A stretch of DNA of 64,000 nucleotides from Clostridia bacterium (GCA_017937135.1 JAGBEE010000003.1:8637-72636), one strand, 5' to 3'; counted from the first letter of the stretch, positions 17,223 through 26,700 are shown. The notes: a model not told the origin generated them from the sequence alone. Translations and numbers: made by a program.

Positions 17223-19589
17223 ATGGCAAATATCAAAAAAATGCCCCTTATTTTACTTGTGCTTTGTATTCTTATGAGTGCACTTTTAGTTATCACATCA
17301 TGTGGTGGCACAGAGGACCCGGTTGATACAAGCTCAGGCACAGAATCGGGCAATGGTGGTACAAACACAGACCAAACACCAAAATACGTGATTACCGTGC
17401 TTGATGAATACGAGCTTGGCGTTGAGGGCGTTACAGTTCAGCTTTGCATTGGCGAAAACTGCTTAATGCCTGTAAAAACAGATGCAAACGGTAATGCAAC
17501 CTTTGAAAGCGAGCTTACAGGAACAGCATATGTAACAATAAATAGCGTTCCCGATGGCTACGAAAAGCCAAGCGAGAAGGTTTATCTTGAGGACGGACAA
17601 ACAACCGTAACAATTGAGCTGAATTCAATTGTTGAATACAGCGTAAAGGCTAAGCTTGCGCTTTTTGATAAAAATCTTGTTAATGTAGTTGCAGAGCTAA
17701 GAAGGGTTAGCGATAACTCAGTAGTTAATACACAGGTAACAAACGAATATGGTGTAGCAAAATTCTTAGCGCCAAATGGTGAATATTACGTTTCATTCTC
17801 ACACAAAAACCCAGCCTTCAAGCTCTCAAACCCCGATAAGGAGGGCGAGGCAACAAAGGCATATGGCACATCAAGGCTCATAAATGCAGAATTTATCGAA
17901 ACCTTTGACACACTTGACTACAAGCTCAACATAAAAAATGTAGCTGGCAAGGCAGAGTATGGCATTGTGGTTGAGCTTTACGATGAAAGCTTTACGCTCA
18001 TTGATACATATTATTCCAATGAAAATGGCGACATAGAATTTAGCGCACAAAACGGAAAATATATTGCAGTTGCAAGCTTTAAGAATACACAAACAGTGTA
18101 TGCTTTCAGCCAATATGATTCAATCAGTGGCGAAATGGTGCTTAACACTGAGGATAAGGGCTCAAGCGAAAGCTATGCAGAGCTTGTTCTTAGTATGTTC
18201 GGACATAACGCAACAAGTGGAAAATGGTATTACACATTGAATACCGAAAAGAAAATGATAGTTGTATATAGCGAAACAGCAACAGTTGTATATAACGGAA
18301 AAACCTATACCCCTGATAACGAGGGCAAAATCAGTGTAGTATTTGAAAATGGTAATGGAGTATATCAGATTAACGGTGCAGATGCATACGTTGAATATAT
18401 GGGCGCACCGGGAACTGAATCAAATCCAATTATTATTGACTCAGCAAGCATAAACGGCTATGAAATAACCCTCGATCTTTTAGAGGGTGAGAGCTACTAT
18501 TATGCCTTCAACGCAAATGACGATGCTACAATTACTGTAACAACCAATGATAGCATTCAAATAGTAATAAATGAGGTTTTAAAAAGCTCTTTACCTGTAA
18601 TAAAAGGTGACTACGTTGTAATTCGCCTTTCATCTGATGGAGGCAAAATTGAGGGCGCAAAGGTTAATTTTGCATTTGCAAAGACATATGCAGATTATCA
18701 GATAACCGTTAATAAGGATGGCCAGAGCGCACCTGATGGCACAGCCGTTGAGCTTTACAAGTATGACACAAGCACATGGGAATATCAATTAGTTACAAGC
18801 ACTACAACTAAAAATGGTATTGCAGCCTTTGAAAATGTTGAGGTTTATGCATTTTACTATGTAAAGGTAGTTGCACCTGCTGATTACGAGACTGAAAATG
18901 AGTATGAGCCATTCTTCAATGGCGCAACAAGCACAACAATAGAGCTTAGCCACGTAAGAGATGGTTCACTTGAATATCCATTCTTAATTGATGATTCATA
19001 TGCAGGCGGACTCTTATATGATTATGATTTTACCATAGGCGCAGGTGAAACACTCTACTTTGAGGCAGCACCAAATAACTGTGTGCTCAGCGTAAGCATA
19101 AGTGGCATTATTGTTCAGATATTAGAGGATAAGAATAGCGACGGAATTTACGAAACAGTAACAGATGTTGATTCAAGCTACGTATTTGAGGACAAAATGA
19201 ACCCACCAACAATTCTTATTTCTATAAAGAATGAGGGCGAGGCTGCAGAGGGATCAATTTCCTTTGGCGCTAATAATGGCGAGGTAGGCTCATCCTATGA
19301 TAACGCAATTGAGCTTGACGAGGCAGGAGCATATATAGCTGAAATTACAGAGGGCAAAAATGTTTATTATCTGTACAATGGCGACTATACAGGAAGCACC
19401 TTAAAAATCACAGTAACAGATGCAAACGGAAAGCTCATTTCCGTTACAGCAACTCTTGCTGGCACAAGCGAGTCAGTAGAGACAGACAATGAAATAACCT
19501 CTGATTCAGGCGCATCACTAATATTTGCAATCTCATCACAGGATGCTGATTTTACAGGAAATATTAGCTTTACTATAACAGTTGAATAA
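17223..19589 (+). CDS. Surface lipoprotein with repeated prealbumin-like and PPC-like beta-sandwich modules
   Basis: 788 aa. Lipobox VITSC then GGTEDPVDTSSG. About 4 carboxypeptidase-regulatory-like segments and about 3 segments of the G(S/T)ExxP(I/F)xI...YY type. RBS AGGAGG. Confidence 0.8.
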   Translation: MANIKKMPLILLVLCILMSALLVITSCGGTEDPVDTSSGTESGNGGTNTDQTPKYVITVLDEYELGVEGVTVQLCIGENCLMPVKTDANGNATFESELTGTAYVTINSVPDGYEKPSEKVYLEDGQTTVTIELNSIVEYSVKAKLALFDKNLVNVVAELRRVSDNSVVNTQVTNEYGVAKFLAPNGEYYVSFSHKNPAFKLSNPDKEGEATKAYGTSRLINAEFIETFDTLDYKLNIKNVAGKAEYGIVVELYDESFTLIDTYYSNENGDIEFSAQNGKYIAVASFKNTQTVYAFSQYDSISGEMVLNTEDKGSSESYAELVLSMFGHNATSGKWYYTLNTEKKMIVVYSETATVVYNGKTYTPDNEGKISVVFENGNGVYQINGADAYVEYMGAPGTESNPIIIDSASINGYEITLDLLEGESYYYAFNANDDATITVTTNDSIQIVINEVLKSSLPVIKGDYVVIRLSSDGGKIEGAKVNFAFAKTYADYQITVNKDGQSAPDGTAVELYKYDTSTWEYQLVTSTTTKNGIAAFENVEVYAFYYVKVVAPADYETENEYEPFFNGATSTTIELSHVRDGSLEYPFLIDDSYAGGLLYDYDFTIGAGETLYFEAAPNNCVLSVSISGIIVQILEDKNSDGIYETVTDVDSSYVFEDKMNPPTILISIKNEGEAAEGSISFGANNGEVGSSYDNAIELDEAGAYIAEITEGKNVYYLYNGDYTGSTLKITVTDANGKLISVTATLAGTSESVETDNEITSDSGASLIFAISSQDADFTGNISFTITVE

Positions 19590-19690
19590 ACAACATAAAA
19601 AGGGGATGTTGCAATAAGTTTAGACCAAATAAGGACACATTCCCTCTTGAAATTAAGTATAAACATTTACTTTAGTAAAATTTTAAGGTT

Positions 19691-19727
19691 GAGAGCTTGC
19701 GGTTTTGTTGCAAGCTCTCTTCATTTT
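19691..19727 (+). terminator. Inner terminator-like hairpin of the right repeat
   Basis: GAGAGCTTGC-GGTTTTGTT-GCAAGCTCTC followed by TTCATTTT. Confidence 0.55.
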
Positions 19728-19820
19728 AACACCTGTTTTTTAGGCGCGACCTCGCACTCTACCGTACGAAGTACGCCTACGTGTACGAATCTCGCCTTGG
19801 GCACACATTTCACTATCCCT

Positions 19821-19858
19821 AAAAAAGGGGCGTCGCTTCAATGCGACAGCCCCTTTTG
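19821..19858. terminator. Bidirectional terminator (outer hairpin of the right repeat)
   Basis: A-run, GGGGCGTCGC-TTCAAT-GCGACAGCCCC, T-run. It serves both the + strand operon and the convergent gene 19914..20177. Confidence 0.8.
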
Positions 19859-19913
19859 TTATAATATCAAACCAAATAGCATAAATTTTATAAAACAATA
19901 ACATATGTGTGAA

Positions 19914-20177
19914 CTATTTTAATGCTTCTATCGCTAATTTATGACCTATTTCAAAGCCCTTTGTAAAATATTCCTCGTAAAAAAGCATGTTTAATTCACA
20001 TAGCAGGTCCTCGTATTGCTCTACTATTTCATTATTTTCCTTGTCAAGTAATGATAAAATTTTATCATATGCATCGTTAACTTGCTTGGTTAATCGAATT
20101 ATATTTCCGTTTTCAATTCCACATTTTTCGTAATAAAACAAATTACCTCTAAAAATTTTCTTAATTGTTCCTTTCAT
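19914..20177 (-). CDS. Small helical protein of unknown function
   Basis: 87 aa, predicted all-helical, ending FTKGFEIGHKLAIEALK. Resembles small proteins often paired with XRE regulators in Firmicutes accessory DNA (from memory, unverified). RBS AAAGGAG. Confidence 0.6.
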   Translation of the reverse strand: MKGTIKKIFRGNLFYYEKCGIENGNIIRLTKQVNDAYDKILSLLDKENNEIVEQYEDLLCELNMLFYEEYFTKGFEIGHKLAIEALK

Positions 20178-20189
20178 AGCTGCTCCTTT

Positions 20190-20207
20190 TGCAACTTAAA
20201 TGTTGCA
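20190..20207. promoter_or_regulatory. Perfect palindrome at the 5' end of the 19914..20177 gene
   Basis: TGCAAC-TTAAAT-GTTGCA, located immediately upstream of that gene's RBS within the divergent spacer. Confidence 0.35.
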
Positions 20208-20287
20208 TTTTTAACTATTATAGCAAATAATAATGTAAAATTCAAGTGCAATTTATAATTTGTAATTCAAAAATGAGAGGGACATTT

Positions 20288-20506
20288 ATGTATTTGTATG
20301 AAAGAATGCGCCATTTGAGAGAAGATAACGATAAAAATCAAGAGCAAATAGCAAGCATTTTAGGCATAAAGCGTCAACAGTATGCTCGATATGAAAAAGG
20401 ATTGCATGAAATACCCTTGCATTATATAATCACTCTTGCAAAATATTATAATGTCAGTCTTGATTATCTTACAGGGCTAATTGATACACCTAGAAATTTG
20501 TATTAA
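20288..20506 (+). CDS. XRE-family HTH transcriptional regulator
   Basis: 72 aa from the ATG at 20288 (GAGAGGGA upstream). HTH motif QEQIASILGIKRQQYARYEKGLHEIPLHYIITLAKYYNVSLDYLTG. Confidence 0.8.
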   Translation: MYLYERMRHLREDNDKNQEQIASILGIKRQQYARYEKGLHEIPLHYIITLAKYYNVSLDYLTGLIDTPRNLY

Positions 20507-20511
20507 ATAAA

Positions 20512-20545
20512 AAAATCTCAACGAGCCTTCGTTGAGATTTTTTAT
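20512..20545. terminator. Bidirectional rho-independent terminator
   Basis: AAATCTCAACG-AGCCTT-CGTTGAGATTT flanked by A and T runs, between convergent genes. Confidence 0.85.
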
Positions 20546-20546
20546 T

Positions 20547-22493
20547 TTATTTTTCTGTTTTTTGTAGCTGCTCCTTAACAACAGCCTCAAGCTCTGCCAA
20601 TTTTACAGCATATGGCCAATGCTCAATGATAACTCCGTTTTCATCAAGAATAACAGTCATTGGATAGGTGCTGTTTTTTCCACCCATTGTTGTATAATAC
20701 ATATCCTTGTTGCTTCCTTCCTCTAAAGGAATGTCACGCACAAAGACCATTTCGGTATTTGGATATTTTTCACTTATCCATCCCGATGGCTCGTGTAAGT
20801 AATAAACCGTATGTACTGCAACAACCGTTACATTGTCCTTATATTTGCTTGCAATTTCATCAAAGTAGGGTAGCTCCTCAACACAAGGCGTGCACCATGT
20901 GCCCCAGAAGTTTATAATAGTAATTTTTCCCTTATTATTGGCAGGATTAAACTTAACTCCGGTTGGACCATTTGCATCAAATATCTCAAGCTCAAAGTCG
21001 GGGGCAAGGTTACCAACCTCGTTTCCTACAACTAATTCATCTCCCTCGCCGTTGCCGTTGTCATCAACAACGGGTGGTTCCTCGGTGGGAGTGTCGATAA
21101 AGTTGTAATATACGAGTGCGCCAATCAAAAGAGCACTCATAAGAACACCGGCTACGATTTTGAAAATAAGCTTGCGTCTTTCAACCCTTTTTTTCTTTTT
21201 TGTAGCATCGTCTGAGCCTTGTGTATTTTGCTCAGCGTTGTTATTGTTATTATTTGCAGCTGTATCAATTTCATCAGGAGCTAAGAAAATCTTAGAGCCC
21301 TTCCAGCTAATAGCCTTTGTAGGACAAACGTCAATACATTCGCCACAGCTGATACATTCGTGGTCTCCAACGTGCTTAATATCCATTTTACACTTGGTTA
21401 CACAAAGTCCACAGTTAGTGCATTTTGGCTTTTCAAGCTTTATTCCAAATAGTGAAATCTTATTGAAAATACCATAAATTGCGCCGAGTGGACATATGAA
21501 ACGGCAGAATATTCTGTAAATGAATATTGAGCCGACTACAAAGCTAACAAGTAATAGGAATTTCCAAGTAAATAACGGACCAAGCATTGGGAACATCCAT
21601 TCGTTTGCCGCATTGGATAAAAGTCCAAGCGCGCCACCAATAGTGCCGGCAGGACATATGTAAGCGCAGAATGCAGGAAGCGCAACGTCCTTTAGTCCAT
21701 ATAATATCGGTACAATAACAACAAAGAATATTAAAATTACATATTTAAAGTAGGAAAGAACACGTGTAACACGATTTTTCTTTAGCTTAGGAGTCTTTAT
21801 CTTGAAGAAAAGCTCCTGTACAAGACCAAACGGACATAAGAAGCCACAGATAAATCTGCCCAAAAGCATACCATAAAGGAGTAAAATTCCCAAAACGTAC
21901 ATAGGCGTTTTCTTGGATGCCTTATTTAACTCACCCTGCAAGGAGCCAAGAGGACAAGCAGTTGTCGCACCGGGGCAGGAATAACAGTTAAGACCGGGCG
22001 TGCAAAGATTTTTTGTAGCGCCGTCGAAAATGTTGCCTGTAATATAGCCCTTTATGTTTGCATTGAACAAAAGAGCAGAGTAAAGCTGAATAATTCTACG
22101 TCTTGAAGGTATTAGTGATTTTAATCTCTCTTTAAATGACCTTTTTGCCTTTTTTTGTGGGGGAGTGTCTGTTTTTTCGCTATTTTTCTCGGAAGCATCA
22201 TCTTCCTTTGGCTCGTCATTTACATCGCCTTGCTCGGAATATTCCTCGTTTTGTTCGTTTTTTTCTACATATTCCTGCTCATATTGAGTATCAACATCAA
22301 ATTCTTGATTTTCTTCGGTATAGTCGCTATTATTTTCTATCTCATCAATTTCTTCATTTGATTCATACTTATCGTATTCAAGCTCCTTTTCCTTATAGGT
22401 GTCGGAGTAGAGTGGATTAGTAGTATAGACAAAGCCTCTTTCGGAGGAATAAAAATTCAAAACTACTCTTTTAAATTGTCGTTCTTTTGCCAT
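20547..22493 (-). CDS. NapH-like membrane polyferredoxin fused to a C-terminal extracytoplasmic TlpA-like thioredoxin domain
   Basis: Start at the ATG at 22493 (AGGAGG 8 nt upstream). The features, in order: an acidic ~130-aa N-terminus; CYSCPGATTACPLG plus three CxxxCPxG motifs (CGFLCPFG, CAYICPAG, CRFICPLG) in TM regions; two ferredoxin motifs CTNCGLCVTKC and CISCGECIDVCP; KKKKRVERRK followed by a TM helix; and a thioredoxin fold INFWGTWCTPCVEELP. Confidence 0.85.
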   Translation of the reverse strand: MAKERQFKRVVLNFYSSERGFVYTTNPLYSDTYKEKELEYDKYESNEEIDEIENNSDYTEENQEFDVDTQYEQEYVEKNEQNEEYSEQGDVNDEPKEDDASEKNSEKTDTPPQKKAKRSFKERLKSLIPSRRRIIQLYSALLFNANIKGYITGNIFDGATKNLCTPGLNCYSCPGATTACPLGSLQGELNKASKKTPMYVLGILLLYGMLLGRFICGFLCPFGLVQELFFKIKTPKLKKNRVTRVLSYFKYVILIFFVVIVPILYGLKDVALPAFCAYICPAGTIGGALGLLSNAANEWMFPMLGPLFTWKFLLLVSFVVGSIFIYRIFCRFICPLGAIYGIFNKISLFGIKLEKPKCTNCGLCVTKCKMDIKHVGDHECISCGECIDVCPTKAISWKGSKIFLAPDEIDTAANNNNNNAEQNTQGSDDATKKKKRVERRKLIFKIVAGVLMSALLIGALVYYNFIDTPTEEPPVVDDNGNGEGDELVVGNEVGNLAPDFELEIFDANGPTGVKFNPANNKGKITIINFWGTWCTPCVEELPYFDEIASKYKDNVTVVAVHTVYYLHEPSGWISEKYPNTEMVFVRDIPLEEGSNKDMYYTTMGGKNSTYPMTVILDENGVIIEHWPYAVKLAELEAVVKEQLQKTEK

Positions 22494-22538
22494 TAAAATT
22501 CCTCCTTTCAAAAGAATTTAAAATAAATATGGCATATA

Positions 22539-23363
22539 TCAGCCAAGACCGATACATTCTGTACAAATATTAATTGCCTTTTGTAAAACATCCTCCATAC
22601 CACCCGTTACAATACCAACTACAATAAATGTAACGCTAAGGGCGATAAGCAAGCAGCGTGCTATTATCAAAATAGCTTTTTTGTGGTTTTTAAAGAATGA
22701 AACAAATTTACCTTCTTCAGCCTCTTGCTCGGAAATAACGTCCACAGGGTCGCCCCTTTGTATATTCTTAGCAATCGATTTCTTTACTAAGTCAATTTCC
22801 TTCCTAAGAGTATATTTGTTGAAATAAGTGAGCACAAGTCCTAATACAAAAGCAACGACAGCATATCGTAAAAGAACTAAAACAGCATTTCTTACATCTA
22901 TCATCGCGCTATGACCTGCAAAGGTTTCACTATCAAAGATATGAACAAGCGCCATAGCGATATTGATGGCAAAATTAAAGAATACAGCAATTGATAAAAC
23001 AAATCTAAAGGTTCTTTGAGTTTTAATCTGCGCTTGATATTGACTCGGGCAATATTCAAGGCTGATTTTCTTGTAAAGATTTTGTAGTGTTGTTCTTTCA
23101 TCTGGCTTGCTTGCCTTTTTCTTTTCCTCGTTCGGTAAAAAGAGATTTAAGAAGAAAGCTCCAAGAATAAATATGAGGCAAATGTACACTGGTACAGCGA
23201 TTTTTGCAAACGCTTCGCCAATAGCCTCGGGCGAGAAGGGTCTATCTCCACTATTGTAGATGCTTACACATCCAACTATTAAGCAAATGCCTGCGACAAC
23301 GCACAGAACAGAAAGCACAATAGAATAGACCAAGTGTATAATTTTTACCTTGTCCTTTGTCAT
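22539..23363 (-). CDS. Five-TM membrane protein ending in a C-terminal CxxC motif
   Basis: 274 aa. About 5 hydrophobic helices with K/R-rich loops on alternating sides. Extreme C-terminus INICTECIGLG. Lies 27 nt upstream of the polyferredoxin-thioredoxin gene on the same strand. Confidence 0.7.
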   Translation of the reverse strand: MTKDKVKIIHLVYSIVLSVLCVVAGICLIVGCVSIYNSGDRPFSPEAIGEAFAKIAVPVYICLIFILGAFFLNLFLPNEEKKKASKPDERTTLQNLYKKISLEYCPSQYQAQIKTQRTFRFVLSIAVFFNFAINIAMALVHIFDSETFAGHSAMIDVRNAVLVLLRYAVVAFVLGLVLTYFNKYTLRKEIDLVKKSIAKNIQRGDPVDVISEQEAEEGKFVSFFKNHKKAILIIARCLLIALSVTFIVVGIVTGGMEDVLQKAINICTECIGLG

Positions 23364-23781
23364 AGCGCCAAGTACATTCCTTTCATAAGACTTTATTAAA
23401 ATATTTTAACACAAACCAAGTATAAAGTCAAGCACTCGAAAAAGAAAAAAGAGTCTTTGACCTTTTTAAGAAGAGGGGCTGTTTTGAAATTCGTGAAATA
23501 AAAGTTGCCAAATTGTAAATTTTTTAAGACGAATGTGCAAAGCAAAACGTAAAAAATAAATAAATTCAGACCCGAAATATCCTTGTATTTACAAGTACTT
23601 TAGCGCTTTTTCGATTTAATGTGATAAACTAAAAAAGAAAAGTCCTCATTATTGTAACTTTTATATATAAAATAATATTTTTTAAAAAATCTTGTTTTTT
23701 ATTCTATATTGTGGTAAAATAGTATCCGTATGCTAACATTCTTATATATTCACACGTAAATAAAGAAAGGAAATAAAATAA

Positions 23782-26700
23782 ATGAGAAAGAAAGCACTTA
23801 CAAGGATAACGACTGCTGTCGTAGCTGTAATAATGCTTGTCGCGATTTTACTCTCTGTTACAATGTCCGTGTTTGGAAATGGCAGTGTGTACGACCCTTC
23901 GTTTATGAAGCAAGGTCAGCTTAACTTCGACCCAAGCAAGTATTTTGATGGCTCAGTTGTTTATCAATTACCAAGCGGAGTTAAGGACGATGACGAAATT
24001 TCAGTAATCGTTCAGCTCGGCAATGAAGCGCTCTTGGACGCGTACAACAAAACCGATAAGGAAATTACCTTCTCAGAGTTTGTTTACACAAAAGAGGCAG
24101 AGGCTATTAAGCAAGAGATAGCAAGCGAGAAAAACAGTATTCTTGCAACACTTAAGGAAAAGGAAATTGCCTACAAGGCAGGCGCTGATTATTCAGCAGT
24201 TATGAGTGGCTTTGAAATTGTAATCACAGCCAAGGACTTCAAGGATGTATGTCTTTCCTTAGGTGATGGTGCAAGCGCAATTCTCGGTGAGGTTTACAAG
24301 GTTGCCGAAACTGAGCTTGTAGAAAACAAGGTTAATGTTTATGAAACGGGTATTTTTAATAGCGCAGGCTATAAATACGACGGCTCAGGAATGGTTGTTG
24401 CAGTTCTTGATACAGGTCTTGACTACACGCACAGCGCATTCTCAGTAAACAACTTTACATCAAATAAGCTCGGTCTTAATAAGGCTGACGTTGCAAAGCT
24501 TATCGCAAGCACAAAGGCAAGCACCTTGGTAGAGGGACTTGGCGTTGACGACGTTTTTGTTAACAACAAGGTTCCATTCTCATTTGACTATGCTGATAAT
24601 GACTCCGATGTTTACTCCTTGCATAACAACCACGGTACACACGTTTCAGGTGTAATAGTTGGTAAGGACGATACAATTACAGGTGTTGCGCCAAACGCAC
24701 AGCTTGTTTCAATGAAGATATTCTCCGACACACAGGATTCTGCTCGCTCAGCGTGGATTCTTTCTGCGCTTGAGGACTGCGTAATTCTTGGCGTTGACGT
24801 AATCAATATGTCACTCGGTACAGCCTGTGGCTTCAGCCGTGAGAGCGACGAGGAGAAGATTACAGGAGTTTATGATAAAATTCGCGCACAGGGCATTAGC
24901 TTAATAGTTGCTGCATCAAACAGCTTCTCATCTGCTTATGGCTCTGAAAAGAATGGTAACTTAGGTCTTACCTCTAACCCTGATACATCAACAGTTGGCT
25001 CACCATCAACCTATGAGGGAGCTATGTCTGTTGCATCAATCAGCGGTGTAAAGACTCCATACCTTCTCTATAACGGAAAGATAGTTTACTTCCTCGAATC
25101 AACAGATAGCTCAACAGAGGAAAAGAAATTCGTTGAGGAAATCTTGCCAGAGGGAGTAACCGAAAAGGAATTTGAATATGTTGTTATTCCTGGTGTTGGT
25201 AGAGAAGCAGACTACGCCGGAATAGACATAAAGGGCAAAATCGCTCTTGTAAGACGTGGCTCAAACACATTTGAGGAAAAGGCAAACGCAGCCTTGGCAA
25301 GTGGCGCTATCGGTCTTATCGTTTACAACAACATCTCTGGTGATATCAGAATGAATGTTGGAACAACCAAGCTTCCCGTAATCTCCATTTCACAGGTTGA
25401 CGGTGAGGAGCTTGCAAAGGCAGGAAACGGAAAAATCAAAATAAGCACAGAGCAGTCATCAGGACCATTCATGTCTGACTTCTCATCGTGGGGACCATCT
25501 CCAAGCCTTGGCATTAAGCCGGAAATCACAGCGCACGGTGGAAACATACTTTCCTCGGTAACTGGTGGTGGCTATGACCGTCTTTCGGGTACATCAATGG
25601 CTTGTCCTAATCTTGCAGGCGTAGTAATACTTCTTCGTCAGCACGTTATGGATAAGTATCCTAACATTAAAAACGATCCGGTTAAGGTTAATGCATTAGT
25701 TAACAACCTTCTTATGTCAACAGCTGACATAATATTTAACAAAAATGGCTTGCCCTACGCAGTCAGAAAGCAGGGCGCAGGTCTTGCAAATCTTGTAAGT
25801 GCTACAAATACTCCTGCATATATTCTTACATACAACAGAGAAGATAACTCCGTTATGGATAAAACCAAGATAGAGCTTGGTGATGACCCAACAAAGAGTG
25901 GTGTATATACGCTTAATTTCTCAGTAGTAAATACAGGCAACGAAAGCCTTACATATGCTCTTGGAGCATACGTAATGACCGAGGGCGTTAGTGACGTTAA
26001 AACCCATAAGGGTGATACAACCGTAACCGAGGAGGGCTATATTCTTGATGGCGCAGAGATTACCTTCGAGGTGACAAACGCAACCAAGGACGGCGATGAA
26101 ATCATCGTTGAGGCTGGTAAGAGCGCAAATGTTAAGGTAACAATTAAGCTAACTGATGAAAACAAGAAATATCTTGATACATCCTTTGCAAACGGTATGT
26201 ATGTTGAGGGCTTTGTAACCCTTAAGGCAGAAAGCGGAACAGATATCGACCTAAACGTTCCTTATCTTGCATTCTATGGTGACTGGGCACAGGCTCCAAT
26301 GTTAGACCTTGACTATTTTGAAACAAACAAGGACGAGCTCAATGATTCAATAGAAACGCTTGACAAAACCTTGCCTGATGCATATGCAACACGTCCTATT
26401 GGTGGTATTTATGATGACTATGTAAGCTATCTTGGCTCATATTACTTTATGCAAAACCCCAATAACAAGGTTATTTCAGCAAACAGAGATTATATTGCTC
26501 TTTCTAATCAGGAGGGCACAGTCCACTCACTTAGATTTGTATGGGCAGGTATGCTACGTAACGCATCTAAAATTGAGATTTCAATTACAGACGACGCAAC
26601 AGGAGAGGTAATATTCACCTGTGTTGATGAGGATGTAAGAAAATCCTATGGCGACGGTGGCTCATATCTTTACCCTGCAAACGTTGAAATCGAATTTGAC

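Larger units (their letters stand above)
19597..19859 (+). repeat. Right copy of the ~263-bp inverted repeat (multi-hairpin 3' module)
   Basis: Begins 8 nt after the stop of 17223..19589. Reverse-complementary to 7703-7965. Confidence 0.9.

Noticed and set aside
7690-19875. The framed 11.6-kb block considered as a composite transposon or integrated element.
   Set aside because: No transposase, integrase or recombinase gene lies inside or adjacent to it. I found no direct target-site duplication flanking the repeats, and the repeat ends are terminator hairpins rather than recognisable IS termini. It is kept as an open finding, not called as a mobile element.
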